Shown: positions 21,486 to 31,544 of the stretch, one piece after another
Layout: every line of letters begins with the position of its first letter
How positions within the stretch are numbered: the stretch's first letter is position 1
Assembly: GCA_051859245.1 (NCBI GenBank)
Contig: JBHYGA010000005.1
Location: forward strand, 384,001 to 448,000
Length of the DNA: 64,000 nucleotides
From: Gemmatimonadaceae bacterium
GTDB taxonomy: Bacteria; Gemmatimonadota; Gemmatimonadetes; Gemmatimonadales; Gemmatimonadaceae
Reading direction: 5' to 3'
Notes under the pieces: generated by a model
Told to the model about the DNA's origin: nothing
What the model saw: the letters and a program-made list of their open reading frames with translations, nothing else
Database searches by the model: none
Position numbers and translations under genes: made by a program

Positions 21486-22880
21486 ATGACGCTTTCGATC
21501 GACTTCACGAATATGATGGCTGGCGCGCTGCCTGATGGCGTCGGCATCACGCCAGAGCAGTGGGCCGAAGGCGTCGCGCGCTTTCAGACGGCGCACGCAC
21601 GGGTGCAGGCGCGCTACGCTGCCGGAACGCTCGGATTCATTGATCTGCCAGCCGACGCGAAAGCGACGGAAGCAACGTTGGCCATGGCGCGTCGATTTGA
21701 CGGCGTGATTGACGATGTGTTGCTGCTTGGCATTGGTGGATCGGCGCTGGGCCCGATCGCGCTCCGCAGCGCTCTGCGCGCTCCACACTGGAACGAGCTG
21801 TCGTCTGAGGCGCGCGGTGGAAAGCCACGCCTGCATGTGCTCGACAATGTGGATCCGGTCACGATCACGGCCACGCTCGCGCGACTCGATCTCGCGCGCA
21901 CACTGGTGCTGGTGATCTCGAAATCAGGCGGCACCGTAGAGACCATGGCGCAGTATCTGATCGTGCGAGAGGCGCTGGAGCGGGCGCTCGGCGAGAGCGG
22001 CGCGCGGGAACACATCGTGTTCATCACTGATCCCGAAGTCGGTGCGCTCCGCGCCGTCGCTCAGGAAGAGGGCATCGCCACACTCGAAATTCCGTCCAAC
22101 GTTGGCGGACGATTCAGTGTGCTGTCACCCGTTGGCATGCTGCCGGCCGCACTGATTGGCGTCGATATTCGCGGCATCATGAACGGTGCTGCGGCGTTGG
22201 CGTCGCGTTGCAGTAGCGCGGATCTTGCCAGCAACCCGGCCGGCATTTTTGCCGTGTTGCAGTGGCTCGGCGATACGCAGCACGGCGCGCGTGTGCAGGT
22301 GCTCATGCCGTACGCCGACTCGCTGCGGGAAATCGCGCTCTGGTTTGTGCAGCTTTGGGCCGAAAGTCTTGGCAAGATTCGCGCTGATGGCGTGAGCGTT
22401 GGTCCAACGCCGCTGCCGGCGGTCGGCGCCACAGATCAGCACGCGCAGGTGCAGCTGTTCATGGAAGGACCGCGAGACAAAACGGTCACGTTCATTCGCG
22501 TGGCCGGTCGAGAGCAGTTGGGCACCATCCCATCGCGACACGCTGGTCGGCCTGAACTCGGGTATCTTGGTGGGCAGACGCTTGGACGACTGCTCGAGAT
22601 TGAACGACAGGCCACCGCCGGAGCGCTCGCCGCTCGAGGTCGCCTCAATTGCACGATTACTGTGCCGGATGTCACGCCGGAAACGGTGGGCGCGCTGCTC
22701 TATCTCTTCGAAATGGCGACCGCCTACGCTGGCGAGCTTTATGAAGTGAACGCCTTCGACCAACCTGGTGTAGAGTTGGGGAAGCAGTTCGCATACGCCA
22801 TGCTTGGTCGTGCCGGCAGCGAGGACGCGCGGCAGGAGTGGGACGCCCTTCCTCGTCCCGACCCCCGCTGGCAGATCTAG
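21486..22880 (+). CDS. pgi: Glucose-6-phosphate isomerase
   Basis: GIGGSALG, ISKSGGT, VGGRFS, QLWAESLGK, FDQPGVELGK. Confidence 0.95.
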   Translation: MTLSIDFTNMMAGALPDGVGITPEQWAEGVARFQTAHARVQARYAAGTLGFIDLPADAKATEATLAMARRFDGVIDDVLLLGIGGSALGPIALRSALRAPHWNELSSEARGGKPRLHVLDNVDPVTITATLARLDLARTLVLVISKSGGTVETMAQYLIVREALERALGESGAREHIVFITDPEVGALRAVAQEEGIATLEIPSNVGGRFSVLSPVGMLPAALIGVDIRGIMNGAAALASRCSSADLASNPAGIFAVLQWLGDTQHGARVQVLMPYADSLREIALWFVQLWAESLGKIRADGVSVGPTPLPAVGATDQHAQVQLFMEGPRDKTVTFIRVAGREQLGTIPSRHAGRPELGYLGGQTLGRLLEIERQATAGALAARGRLNCTITVPDVTPETVGALLYLFEMATAYAGELYEVNAFDQPGVELGKQFAYAMLGRAGSEDARQEWDALPRPDPRWQI

Positions 22881-23030
22881 GCCGGACTGCGGCGCCGGAC
22901 TTCCCCTCGGCGCCCATTCTGTTGAACTTGCACGTCTGACTACTCACTCCGGCGCGGTGCCGGATCGCTCCACCATGGCCGGTGCTCACCGGCGACAATC
23001 GGCTGCGTTGCGCAGCACCTGAGGAATTTG

Positions 23031-24452
23031 ATGACGCAGCAGACCCTTCCATCCACGCAGCTTTTCGGCGGCGCTGTTTCTGTTGTCGACGGCGTGGTGC
23101 ACGTGCATGACGCAAGCGCGCTCGCCAGTGCCGACATGGATCAGCTGGTGCACGCCGCCGTGTTCGGTGAGCCAGTGGATCGCGAGCAGGCGCGGTGGTT
23201 GATCTGGGAGATTGGTCAGGCGGTGGGCGTACGTCCTGCGTCAATCCATGACTTGTACATCGCGCGCGGACGCGGCGAGTGCGGTGGATTCACCGTGCCC
23301 GCGATCAACGTGCGCGGTGCGTCATACGACACGGCGCGCGCAATTTTTCGCCAGGCCAACGCGCTCGATGCCGGTGCGTTTTTGCTGGAGATCGCGCGTT
23401 CGGAAATCGCGTATACCGATCAGCGCCCGGCGGAATACGTCACCGTGATGCTTGCCGCCGCGATGCGCGAAGGATTCCGCGGACCGGTGTTCATTCAGGG
23501 TGATCACTTTCAGGTGAACGCCAAAAAGTTCGCCACCAATCCCGAAGGCGAAGTGGATGCGGTGCTGCAGCTGGTCCGCGAGGCGGTGTCGGCCGGTTTC
23601 TACAACATTGATGTTGATACGTCGACGCTTGTCGATCTCTCGCAGCCGAACCTCGACGAGCAGCAGCGACGCAACTATGAGCGCTGCGTGGAAATCGCGC
23701 TGGTTGTACGCAAGGAAGAACCCAAAGGCGTCACGATTTCCATTGGTGGAGAGATTGGCGAAGTTGGCACAGAAAACTCCACGCCCGAAGAGCTCGAAGC
23801 GTTTATGGACGGCTTCAACCGCACGCTCGAAGCCAAGGCACCGGGCACGGTTGGACTCTCCAAAATCAGTGTGCAGTCCGGCACATCGCACGGTGGCATT
23901 GTATTGCCCGACGGATCCATTGCCGATGTGAAGCTGGATCTGGATACGCTGGCAACGCTCTCGCGCATGGCGCGTGACAAGTACGGCATGGCGGGCGCCG
24001 TGCAACACGGTGCGTCCACGCTCACCGATGCGGCGTTCTCCAACTTTCCGAGCACGGAAACGGCAGAAATTCATCTCGCGACGAATTTCCAGAACATGCT
24101 GTTTGATTATTTGCCGGCCGAGTTGCGGGCGGAGATTTACGAGTGGTTGCTCGAGAATGCGAAGGACGAGCGCAAGGCAACGGATTCCGACGAGCAGTTT
24201 TTCTACAAGACCCGCAAGAAGGCTCTCGGGCCGTTCAAGCGGCAGCTGTGGGCGTTGTCTCCAGAGGTGAAGACAGCGCTTGGAAAGGCGTACGACGAGA
24301 AGTTCGCCTTTCTGTTCCGGCAGCTTGGCATTGCAGGGACGCGTGAGATTGTCTCGCGCTTCGTCACACCGACGGCCCTGCGCCGCAAGATGCCCGTGGA
24401 CGGCGTGCCCTCCGTGGCCGCCGCTCCCGACGATGCGGACCTTAGTGATTGA
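23031..24452 (+). CDS. Class II fructose-bisphosphate aldolase family protein
   Basis: QGDH, GGEIGEVG, GTSHGG, VQHGAS; located in the glycolytic cluster. Confidence 0.85.
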   Translation: MTQQTLPSTQLFGGAVSVVDGVVHVHDASALASADMDQLVHAAVFGEPVDREQARWLIWEIGQAVGVRPASIHDLYIARGRGECGGFTVPAINVRGASYDTARAIFRQANALDAGAFLLEIARSEIAYTDQRPAEYVTVMLAAAMREGFRGPVFIQGDHFQVNAKKFATNPEGEVDAVLQLVREAVSAGFYNIDVDTSTLVDLSQPNLDEQQRRNYERCVEIALVVRKEEPKGVTISIGGEIGEVGTENSTPEELEAFMDGFNRTLEAKAPGTVGLSKISVQSGTSHGGIVLPDGSIADVKLDLDTLATLSRMARDKYGMAGAVQHGASTLTDAAFSNFPSTETAEIHLATNFQNMLFDYLPAELRAEIYEWLLENAKDERKATDSDEQFFYKTRKKALGPFKRQLWALSPEVKTALGKAYDEKFAFLFRQLGIAGTREIVSRFVTPTALRRKMPVDGVPSVAAAPDDADLSD

Positions 24453-24464
24453 ACAGGAGACAGC

Positions 24465-24956
24465 ATGGGACGATACGACGACTACGATGACGATGATCGC
24501 GTGGTGATTGTCGAGCGCGATAGCGGTGGAGGCAGCGGATTGGGTGCGCTTCTGCTCGGTATGGCGATCGGTGCCGGCGCGGCTCTCCTGCTGGCGCCGG
24601 AATCTGGCGAGGCCATGCGCGCTCGCATCCGACGCGAAGCCAAGCGCGCCAGCTCACGCGCGCGCGAGTTTGTGGACGAAGTGTCAGAAGAAGTTTCTGA
24701 GACGGTCGGGCGCACGCGCGAAACCGTGGGTCGCAAAGTGGGCGAAGCTCGCGGTGCTGTAGAAACGCGCGCGCGGGCGGTTGGGGACGCGGTAGATGCC
24801 GGCCGCGTCGCGGCGCGACAGGCCAAGGTGGAGTTGGAGCGCGCGGTGCAGGAGACCAAGCGTGCGTACGAAGATGCGCGTCGGACGACGCGTGTTGCCG
24901 ACGACATTGAACCGGTTGCTGACCACGACGCCGCCGAGAATCCAGGCACCGCCTGA
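24465..24956 (+). CDS. YtxH domain protein
   Basis: LLGMAIGAGAALLLAPESG followed by an amphipathic helical region. Confidence 0.8.
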   Translation: MGRYDDYDDDDRVVIVERDSGGGSGLGALLLGMAIGAGAALLLAPESGEAMRARIRREAKRASSRAREFVDEVSEEVSETVGRTRETVGRKVGEARGAVETRARAVGDAVDAGRVAARQAKVELERAVQETKRAYEDARRTTRVADDIEPVADHDAAENPGTA

Positions 24957-24993
24957 CGTCGACGGGTGGCGCACGTTTTTCGTGCGCCCCCGT

Positions 24994-25896
24994 GTGGCAA
25001 TATTCGCGGACTACGCGCGACGTGTATACAACGGGCTGGCCAACGACAACGCATTCTTCCTTGCGGGCGGCGTTGCGTTCAGCCTGTTGCTTGCGCTCGT
25101 GCCTTTTGTATTGTTGCTCGTGGTCGGACTCACCTTTGCCTTTGGTCGCAGCCCGGAAGACGCCGCGGCCACCGTGGTCGATCTGGCCACGCGATTCCTG
25201 CCTCGCGACGCGTTTGAGTTCGGTGCAGTTCTTCGCACCATCGTAGACGACGTACTCCGCACGCGCGGCGCGGTGGGCATTGGCGCCGCGCTTGGTTTTG
25301 TCTGGACGAGCACCCGTCTGTTCGGTTCGTTGCGCGCGGTCCTGTCGATTGTGATGGATCGCAATGAGCGCGGCATCGTGGCCGGCAAACTCTTTGACGT
25401 ATTCGCGGCGGCGGCCGCCACGCTGCTCGTGGTCGTGTGGGTGATCATTTCCACCTATCTCTCGATCGCCACAGACACCGGAACGTCGCTGCTCGCCGAC
25501 CTTGGTGTTCGCATGGAGACGCTCGGTACGCTGACGTACATACTCGGCCGCGTGATCGGCTTTTCGCTGATCGTCTTTACGTTTTATGCGATGTATCATG
25601 GGCTGCCGCGCAACCGACATTCGCGCGCCGCCGCATTTACAGGGGCCGTTGTCGCAAGCATCCTGTTTGAAATCGCCCGCTATCTGTTTGCGTTGCTCGT
25701 GGTGCGCTTCGCACCCGGCTCGCTCTATACGGGAACGATCGCGGTGATTGTGTCTGTGGTGTTCTGGGTGTACTACGCGGCGCTCTTGTTTCTGGTGGGC
25801 GCCGAGGTGGCGCAAGCCCATGAGCAACGTCGCGACGAACAACGCGCCGCGGTCAAAATGACGCGCGCTCCCGCCAAGTCAACGAGAAAATCCTGA
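24994..25896 (+). CDS. YihY/BrkB family membrane protein
   Basis: LAGGVAFSLLLALVP...YTG...WVYYAALLFLVGAE; start approximate. Confidence 0.85.
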   Translation: MAIFADYARRVYNGLANDNAFFLAGGVAFSLLLALVPFVLLLVVGLTFAFGRSPEDAAATVVDLATRFLPRDAFEFGAVLRTIVDDVLRTRGAVGIGAALGFVWTSTRLFGSLRAVLSIVMDRNERGIVAGKLFDVFAAAAATLLVVVWVIISTYLSIATDTGTSLLADLGVRMETLGTLTYILGRVIGFSLIVFTFYAMYHGLPRNRHSRAAAFTGAVVASILFEIARYLFALLVVRFAPGSLYTGTIAVIVSVVFWVYYAALLFLVGAEVAQAHEQRRDEQRAAVKMTRAPAKSTRKS

Positions 25897-26954
25897 TGGT
25901 TTCCAGCAGTGCGTCCGTGCTTGATTTGCGCAGTGATACGGTCACGCAGCCTAGTGCGGCCATGCGTGCGGCCATGATGACGGCGATGGTCGGTGACGAT
26001 GTGCTCGACGGCGATCCAACCACACGCGCGTTGGAAGAAGATGTCGCAACGCGACTGGGGAAAGAGGCCGCGCTCTTTTTTCCGAGTGGGACGATGGCCA
26101 ATCAGGCGGCGATCTGGGTGCACACCGAGCCTGGTACCGAAATCCTGGTGGATGCGGACTCGCACATTGTGCATTGGGAACTCGCCGGTGCGGCGGCACT
26201 CGCGGGTGTACAGCCCCGCATGGTGCGCGGCGACGCGCCGGTGATGACGGCACAGGATCTGGAGCGCGCTGTGCGTCCACCGTCGTACGACGCGCCGGAA
26301 GCATCGCTCGTGTGCGTGGAAAACACGCACAACGGCGCCGGTGGGCTGATCACGCCACTGCACGAGCTGCGCGCCATGTACGCGATTGCACAATCGCTCG
26401 GCGTTCCGCTGCACATGGATGGCGCACGACTGTGGAATGCACACATCGCGTCTGGAGTCAGTCTGGCGGAGTTGGCGTCGTGTGCGGATTCTGTCATGGT
26501 GTCGTTTTCAAAAGGACTCGGTGCACCCGTGGGGGCCGCGCTCGTTGGTACGCATGAGGTAATCACGCGCGCGCGTCGGGCCCGCAAACGGTTTGGTGGC
26601 GGCATGCGGCAGTCGGGCATTCTCGCCGCGGCCGCGTTACACGGACTGCAGCATCATCTGGCCGACCTGGCGCATGATCATGCCAACGCGCGCACGCTTG
26701 CGATGGCGCTGGATGGCGTGGAGGGCGCGCGCGTGGTGCCACCCGATACCAACATTGTGATGCTGGATCTGCCGCTGCCGTGTGCTGCCGCGATTGTGAA
26801 CGACGCCAAAGCACACGGCATCCGCGTCTCGGCGTGGTCGCCAACGCGTATTCGCGCCGTCGCGCACCGGGACGCCGCAGGCAGCCGCATTACCGAAGCC
26901 GCCCCGATGCTCGCCGAAGTGGTGGCTCGGGTCATCCGAAGCGCGCGTCCGTAG
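25896..26954 (+). CDS. ltaE: Low-specificity L-threonine aldolase
   Basis: DLRSDTVT, SGTMAN, ENTHN, HMDGAR, SFSKGLGAP. Confidence 0.9.
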   Translation: MVSSSASVLDLRSDTVTQPSAAMRAAMMTAMVGDDVLDGDPTTRALEEDVATRLGKEAALFFPSGTMANQAAIWVHTEPGTEILVDADSHIVHWELAGAAALAGVQPRMVRGDAPVMTAQDLERAVRPPSYDAPEASLVCVENTHNGAGGLITPLHELRAMYAIAQSLGVPLHMDGARLWNAHIASGVSLAELASCADSVMVSFSKGLGAPVGAALVGTHEVITRARRARKRFGGGMRQSGILAAAALHGLQHHLADLAHDHANARTLAMALDGVEGARVVPPDTNIVMLDLPLPCAAAIVNDAKAHGIRVSAWSPTRIRAVAHRDAAGSRITEAAPMLAEVVARVIRSARP

Positions 26955-26964
26955 TCAAGCCCGC

Positions 26965-26993
26965 TTGTCTGCGCGCGCGGCAGTGCCTATCCT
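26965..26993 (+). promoter_or_regulatory. Sigma70-type promoter for SRP RNA
   Basis: TTGTCT-N17-TATCCT immediately 5' of the SRP RNA stem. Confidence 0.6.
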
Positions 26994-26996
26994 TCA

Positions 26997-27100
26997 GGTG
27001 TCCCGGGTCCCGAAGGGCGCGAGCCCGCCAACTCCGCCAGGACCCCGAAGGTAGCAACGGTACGTGGTGTCTAACGTCGCTTCGTAAGACCCGGGGCATT
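26997..27100 (+). ncRNA. ffs: Small bacterial SRP RNA (4.5S)
   Basis: Terminal helix GGTGTCCCGGGTC/GACCCGGGGCATT; helix-8 motif CAGG-A-CC...GG-T-AGCA; typical position upstream of dnaX. Confidence 0.85.
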
Positions 27101-27160
27101 GCGCCGGTGCAGCTTAGCCCTCCCTCGTGGAGCGGAGAGCGCACCGGCGTTGTAGTTTTC
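27101..27160 (+). terminator. Hairpin / likely terminator downstream of ffs
   Basis: GCGCCGGTGC...GCACCGGCGT stem followed by TGTAGTTTT. Confidence 0.45.
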
Positions 27161-27260
27161 GCGAACCTGCCGCGCGTCTTCATGCGGCACGCCGAGCTCC
27201 GACGAGGCGCCGCAAGGCGACCTCGCAGCCGTTTCCCCCGCGCCGACTCCTCTCGCGTCT

Positions 27261-29033
27261 ATGTCGCTCGCTCTCGCGCGAAAATATCGCCCCACAAACT
27301 TCGCGTCGGTTGCGGTGCAGTCGCACGTGGCCAACACACTGAAGGGCGCGATCGCGCGTGATCGGGTCGCGCACGGCTACTTGCTGTGCGGTCCGCGCGG
27401 AACGGGGAAAACCACGCTGGCCCGCGTGCTCGCGATGGCGCTGAACTGCGAAACGCTGAGTGCACAGCGGCGTGCCGGCGAAGCAAACGATGGTGAGCCC
27501 TGTGGGCACTGCACGAGCTGCTCGCGGATCTGGAGTGGCAGCGCGTCGCTCGACGTGGTAGAGATCGACGCCGCGTCCAATCGTGGTGTAGACGACGCGC
27601 GTGAACTGCGCGAGCGCGCCATGTACGCACCATCAGCGGACGATCGGTACAAGGTGTACATCGTTGACGAAGCGCACATGCTCACCAAGGAAGCGTGGAA
27701 TGCGCTGCTGAAAGTGCTCGAAGAACCACCACCGCGTGTGGTGTTCGTGTTCGCGACCACCGATCCGCAAAAAATCGCGCAAGCGGCCGCGCCGGTGCTC
27801 AGTCGCCTGCAGCGCTTTGATCTCAAGCGCATCGGGCCGGGTGAAATTCGTGAGCGACTGGCGCATGTGCTGCGCGCCGAAGGCGTGTCGTTCGACGAAG
27901 ACGCGCTCGGAATGATCGCGCGCGCCGCCGACGGTGGATTGCGCGACGCGCTGTCGCTCACCGATCAAGTGTTGTCGCTCGGGGATACCAGCGAAGTCAC
28001 GGCCGACCGCGTGCGCACCGCACTCGGACTCGTGCCGGAAGAAGAGTTCATTGCACTGCTCGACGTGATCGCTGACCGCCGCGCGGGTGATGTGTTTACG
28101 CGCGTGCAAGCGTTGGCTGACGGTGGCGTAGACTTTGCACAAGTGCTGTCTGGATTGGCCGATGTACTGCGCGCCACACTGGCGCTGGTCCTCGGCGGAA
28201 CGCCACCGGAAATTTCGGAGACGCTGCGACAGGCGCTGGACAGTCGCATCGGGCGTTTTACCGCGCCTGATGTCCTGCGCATGTTGCACGCGCTGCTCGA
28301 AATTGAACCACAGTTTCGCAAGAGCGGGCAGCCGCAGTTGTTGCTGGAATCACTGCTCGTGCGATTCGCACTGTTGGATCGCACGGTGGACCTCGAGGAA
28401 GTGCTGCGCGGGTTTGATACCGGTGAAGATCCGCCGGCTCGTCGCACGGCGCGTGCGCCGGAACCCAAGGGTGCGTCGGCGTACAGTGTTGCGCCCGCGG
28501 CTGCGGCGGCGCTGACGCGTGCGGTGGCGCCAGTGCCATCAGCGCCATCAGCGCCATCAGCGCCGTTGGTGACGTCGCCCACAGTTCCGGCACCATTGCC
28601 TCGCGCAACGCACGCTGCAGCTGCGAAGCCAACGCCCACACTCGACGCGGTGCGAGCGCAGTGGAACGCGGTGGCAGATGCGGTGCGTTCCGCTGGTCGG
28701 GGCATGCTCGCCGAGTCGGTGCGTCGCGTGCGACCAACTGCGCTTGATGACACCGGCATGCTCACGCTCAATCACGATCCGGGTGACGATACGTTTTCTA
28801 CCTCGGTGGAAAACGGACGTGAGATGTTGCTCGGTGTGATTGCACAACTGATCGGTCCGGTGCGTGCGCTGCGATTGCAGAGTGATGGTAATGGCGCGTC
28901 CGTGTCGAGTGCGTCGGCTGGCCGGCGTATTACCACCCAGGACGTGAAGACGGAAACGCTTGATCGCCTCGCGCAGCGTGATCCCTTGCTCGCCGCGGCG
29001 GTAAAGGCACTCGATCTCGAATTGCTCGACTGA
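27261..29033 (+). CDS. dnaX: DNA polymerase III subunit gamma/tau
   Basis: LARKYRP, GPRGTGKTT, EIDAASNRGVDD, IVDEAHML. Confidence 0.97.
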   Translation: MSLALARKYRPTNFASVAVQSHVANTLKGAIARDRVAHGYLLCGPRGTGKTTLARVLAMALNCETLSAQRRAGEANDGEPCGHCTSCSRIWSGSASLDVVEIDAASNRGVDDARELRERAMYAPSADDRYKVYIVDEAHMLTKEAWNALLKVLEEPPPRVVFVFATTDPQKIAQAAAPVLSRLQRFDLKRIGPGEIRERLAHVLRAEGVSFDEDALGMIARAADGGLRDALSLTDQVLSLGDTSEVTADRVRTALGLVPEEEFIALLDVIADRRAGDVFTRVQALADGGVDFAQVLSGLADVLRATLALVLGGTPPEISETLRQALDSRIGRFTAPDVLRMLHALLEIEPQFRKSGQPQLLLESLLVRFALLDRTVDLEEVLRGFDTGEDPPARRTARAPEPKGASAYSVAPAAAAALTRAVAPVPSAPSAPSAPLVTSPTVPAPLPRATHAAAAKPTPTLDAVRAQWNAVADAVRSAGRGMLAESVRRVRPTALDDTGMLTLNHDPGDDTFSTSVENGREMLLGVIAQLIGPVRALRLQSDGNGASVSSASAGRRITTQDVKTETLDRLAQRDPLLAAAVKALDLELLD

Positions 29034-29059
29034 CGCTCACCTTTCGGCTACCATTCATC

Positions 29060-29377
29060 ATGGCCAACATGTTCAACTTCATGCAGCAAGCCCAGCAGAT
29101 GCAGGGCAAGCTGGAGCAGCTGCAGCAGGATCTTGCGCGTCGCACGGTGAGTGCATCGGCGGGCGCAGGTATGGTGACGGTGGAGTGCGACGGCAAAGGA
29201 CAGCTGCGTCGCGTCAAGATCGATCCGAGCATGTTCACCGCGGGTGACGTGGAAATGCTTGAAGATCTGATCGTGGTGGCTGCGGCCGAGGCGCAGAAAA
29301 AGGCGGCCGAAGCGGCGCAGGAAGAAATGGGCAAGCTCACCGGCGGGATTGATCTGCCGTTCAAGCTGCCGTTCTGA
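29060..29377 (+). CDS. ybaB: YbaB/EbfC nucleoid-associated protein
   Basis: QAQQMQ...AGAGMVTV...EMLEDLIV; lies between dnaX and recR. Confidence 0.95.
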   Translation: MANMFNFMQQAQQMQGKLEQLQQDLARRTVSASAGAGMVTVECDGKGQLRRVKIDPSMFTAGDVEMLEDLIVVAAAEAQKKAAEAAQEEMGKLTGGIDLPFKLPF

Positions 29378-29392
29378 TTCTGCGAAGCGCGC

Positions 29393-29980
29393 GTGTCTGC
29401 GATTGACGATCTCACGACCGAGTTCGCCCGACTTCCTGGTGTCGGTCGGAAAACGGCGCAACGTCTCACGTATCATTTGCTCAAGCAATCGGCCGAGCAA
29501 AGTCGCAGACTCGCGCAGGCGCTGATCACGCTCGTTGAGACGGTGCGACCGTGTTCGCGCTGTTACAACCTCACCGAAGCCGTACTCTGTTCGCTGTGCA
29601 CCGACTCGCGTCGTGATCCGACGTTGGTGTGTGTGGTTGAAGATGCGTCCGACATTGCCTCGATTGAACGTGCGGGTGAGTTTCGAGGGCGCTACCACGT
29701 ACTCGGCGGTCGTCTTTCACCGCTCGACGGTGTTGGTCCCGATGATCTCACGATCGCCCGTCTGCTAGCGCGCGTGCCCGAAGACGAGATCCAGGAAGTG
29801 ATCATGGCCACCAATCCTTCGCTCGAGGGCGAGGCCACCGCGCTGTACATCCAACGCCTGCTCGCGCCGCTGGGTGTTCGTGTCACGCGCATCGCGCGCG
29901 GGCTGCCAGTGGGCGGGGATCTTGAGTACGCCGACGGCGTCACAATCGCGCAGGCGTTGCAGGCGCGGCGGGAGATGTAG
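29393..29980 (+). CDS. recR: Recombination mediator RecR
   Basis: LPGVGRKTAQR, C4 zinc finger, Toprim domain, ARGLPVGGDLEYAD. Confidence 0.97.
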   Translation: MSAIDDLTTEFARLPGVGRKTAQRLTYHLLKQSAEQSRRLAQALITLVETVRPCSRCYNLTEAVLCSLCTDSRRDPTLVCVVEDASDIASIERAGEFRGRYHVLGGRLSPLDGVGPDDLTIARLLARVPEDEIQEVIMATNPSLEGEATALYIQRLLAPLGVRVTRIARGLPVGGDLEYADGVTIAQALQARREM

Positions 29981-29986
29981 GCGGGC

Positions 29987-30179
29987 GTGCTCCTAATGCG
30001 GGGGGAACTGCGGCGGGAAGGACACGAAAGCACGAAGGAAACAAAGAAGAGCAACGGCAACGGATTTTGGGGAAACAGCAAAAAACGCTGCGGCTGCAAT
30101 TTTTCAAATGCTTTGCTGTTTTCGTGTCCTTCGTGCTTTCGTGTCCTTCCCGCCGCAGTTCCCCCCGCATTAGGCGCAC
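29987..30179. repeat. Long inverted repeat (repeat family A, face-to-face) next to a GxxExxY gene
   Basis: 29987-30038 is the reverse complement of 30128-30179 except for one mismatch; arms carry periodic CACGAA units. Confidence 0.9.
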
Positions 30180-30186
30180 CTCGCCT

Positions 30187-30615
30187 TCAACGCTCCTCAG
30201 CCGGATACCCGTTCACAACGCGCCGCACGACTTCACGAAATGTCGGTGCGCCAAAGTTGAGAAGCAGCCCAATCCTCAGGTTCATCAGGCGCGCGTACGT
30301 GAGCGTTTGTTTGATGTGAGCCGCCGCGGTCTGATCGGCGACCTTCACCTCAACGATCAGTATGCCATCGACTACGAGATCGGCGCGAAATCCGCCCTCG
30401 AACAACTGGCCTTCGAAGTAAAAGTCCACCGGAAGCTGTCGCTCCACCCGACAGCCTCGCCGCTCCAGGGCATGCGCGAGCGCGCGCTCGTAGACGGACT
30501 CAAGCATGCCCGGGCCGAGGGCGCGGTAGAGGTGGTAGGCGGCGTCCACCACGAGAGCGGCGAGGACCTCTGGGTTCGGGGCAGACGGGGCAGGGCGAGC
30601 GGGCACGGGCGTCAC
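30187..30615 (-). CDS. GxxExxY protein (PD-(D/E)XK-like nuclease)
   Basis: LGPGMLESVY, FRADLVVD..LIVEVK, QTLTY, GLLLNFG. Confidence 0.9.
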   Translation of the reverse strand: MTPVPARPAPSAPNPEVLAALVVDAAYHLYRALGPGMLESVYERALAHALERRGCRVERQLPVDFYFEGQLFEGGFRADLVVDGILIVEVKVADQTAAAHIKQTLTYARLMNLRIGLLLNFGAPTFREVVRRVVNGYPAEER

Positions 30616-30723
30616 TCCACGGGAAATGGGGCCCAGAGAACAGGGGCGCCGGTTTACATTACGACGGCCCCGTCGTCAGGTCGTCATCACCCCGAATGAA
30701 TCCGTCCCTTTTGCCGTCGTTCG

Positions 30724-31002
30724 ATGCGTCGTAGTCGGTCCCCGATCTTTCTGCTGTCCGCCGGGCTCGCGCTTGGCTTTCTCGTTGGAGCCGGGGCCTG
30801 GAGCGCCCAGCTCAGCCGCAGCCGCAAGGCACTGTTTCACGCGCGGCCCACGCGCCGGATGGCCGCAATCAGTTACCTTCGGGCTCGGCCAAGCGTTGAT
30901 AGTGTGCGGCTGCTACGTGACTATATCGCGTGGGAAGCACATCCCATGCTGCGCCGTCGAGGGCAGCGGGCGCTTCTGCGTGTGGAGCGCGCGCTGCACT
31001 AA
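30724..31002 (+). CDS. Small hypothetical membrane-anchored protein
   Basis: N-terminal TM helix; co-oriented directly upstream of mglB. Confidence 0.6.
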   Translation: MRRSRSPIFLLSAGLALGFLVGAGAWSAQLSRSRKALFHARPTRRMAAISYLRARPSVDSVRLLRDYIAWEAHPMLRRRGQRALLRVERALH

Positions 31003-31043
31003 GCGTTTTTTGTTCTGAGACTCGGACTTTTCGGAGCCACAGT

Positions 31044-31532
31044 ATGCCCGTTGGCGCGTCGACCTGGTCGTTCACTGAAGACGACTTCGGGGCTATTACC
31101 AAGATTCTGCAGAGCTTTTTGTACGACGCCAAGGCGCGCTGTGCTCTGCTTGTGGACCGCTCCGGTCAGCTCGTGGCCACCGTTGGTGAGCCACCCAACT
31201 TTGACGCGACCGCCTTCGCCACACTTACGGCTGCGGATTTCAGCGCCAATGATCAGCTGGCGCGCCTAATTGGTGAAAGCGATTTCAAAGTGCTGTTTCA
31301 CCAGGGCGAACGCGAATCCATGTATCTCGCCGACGTCGCCAAGCGTGTGATCCTTGTCGTGCTGTTCGACAATCGCACAACGCTTGGTCTGGTCCGTCTC
31401 AAAATGAAAAGTGTGGTCGACGAGCTCTCGCGCACCTTCGAGTTGGTGTTCGCGCGTGGCACCGGCAGTCAGATCGCGCCGCCGGGGCTGCTCGCTGGCG
31501 CCGAAGACGAGATCGATCGCTTGTTTTCGTAA
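31044..31532 (+). CDS. mglB: Roadblock/LC7 protein, MglB-like GAP
   Basis: ALLVDRSGQ, LFHQGE, VLFDNRTTLGLVRL, EDEIDRLF; upstream of mglA. Confidence 0.9.
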   Translation: MPVGASTWSFTEDDFGAITKILQSFLYDAKARCALLVDRSGQLVATVGEPPNFDATAFATLTAADFSANDQLARLIGESDFKVLFHQGERESMYLADVAKRVILVVLFDNRTTLGLVRLKMKSVVDELSRTFELVFARGTGSQIAPPGLLAGAEDEIDRLFS

Positions 31533-31544
31533 GAGGGACACGCG

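Noticed and set aside
28536..28564. CCATCAGCG x3 tandem repeat in dnaX
   Set aside because: In-frame PSA repeats in the usual Pro/Ala linker; no slippery A-run for gamma frameshifting seen.
29987..30319. Short ORFs across repeat family A (MLLMRGELRREGHEST..., also near 49.9-50.2 kb)
   Set aside because: The shared peptide strings are just translations of the inverted repeat on both strands; there is no coding evidence.
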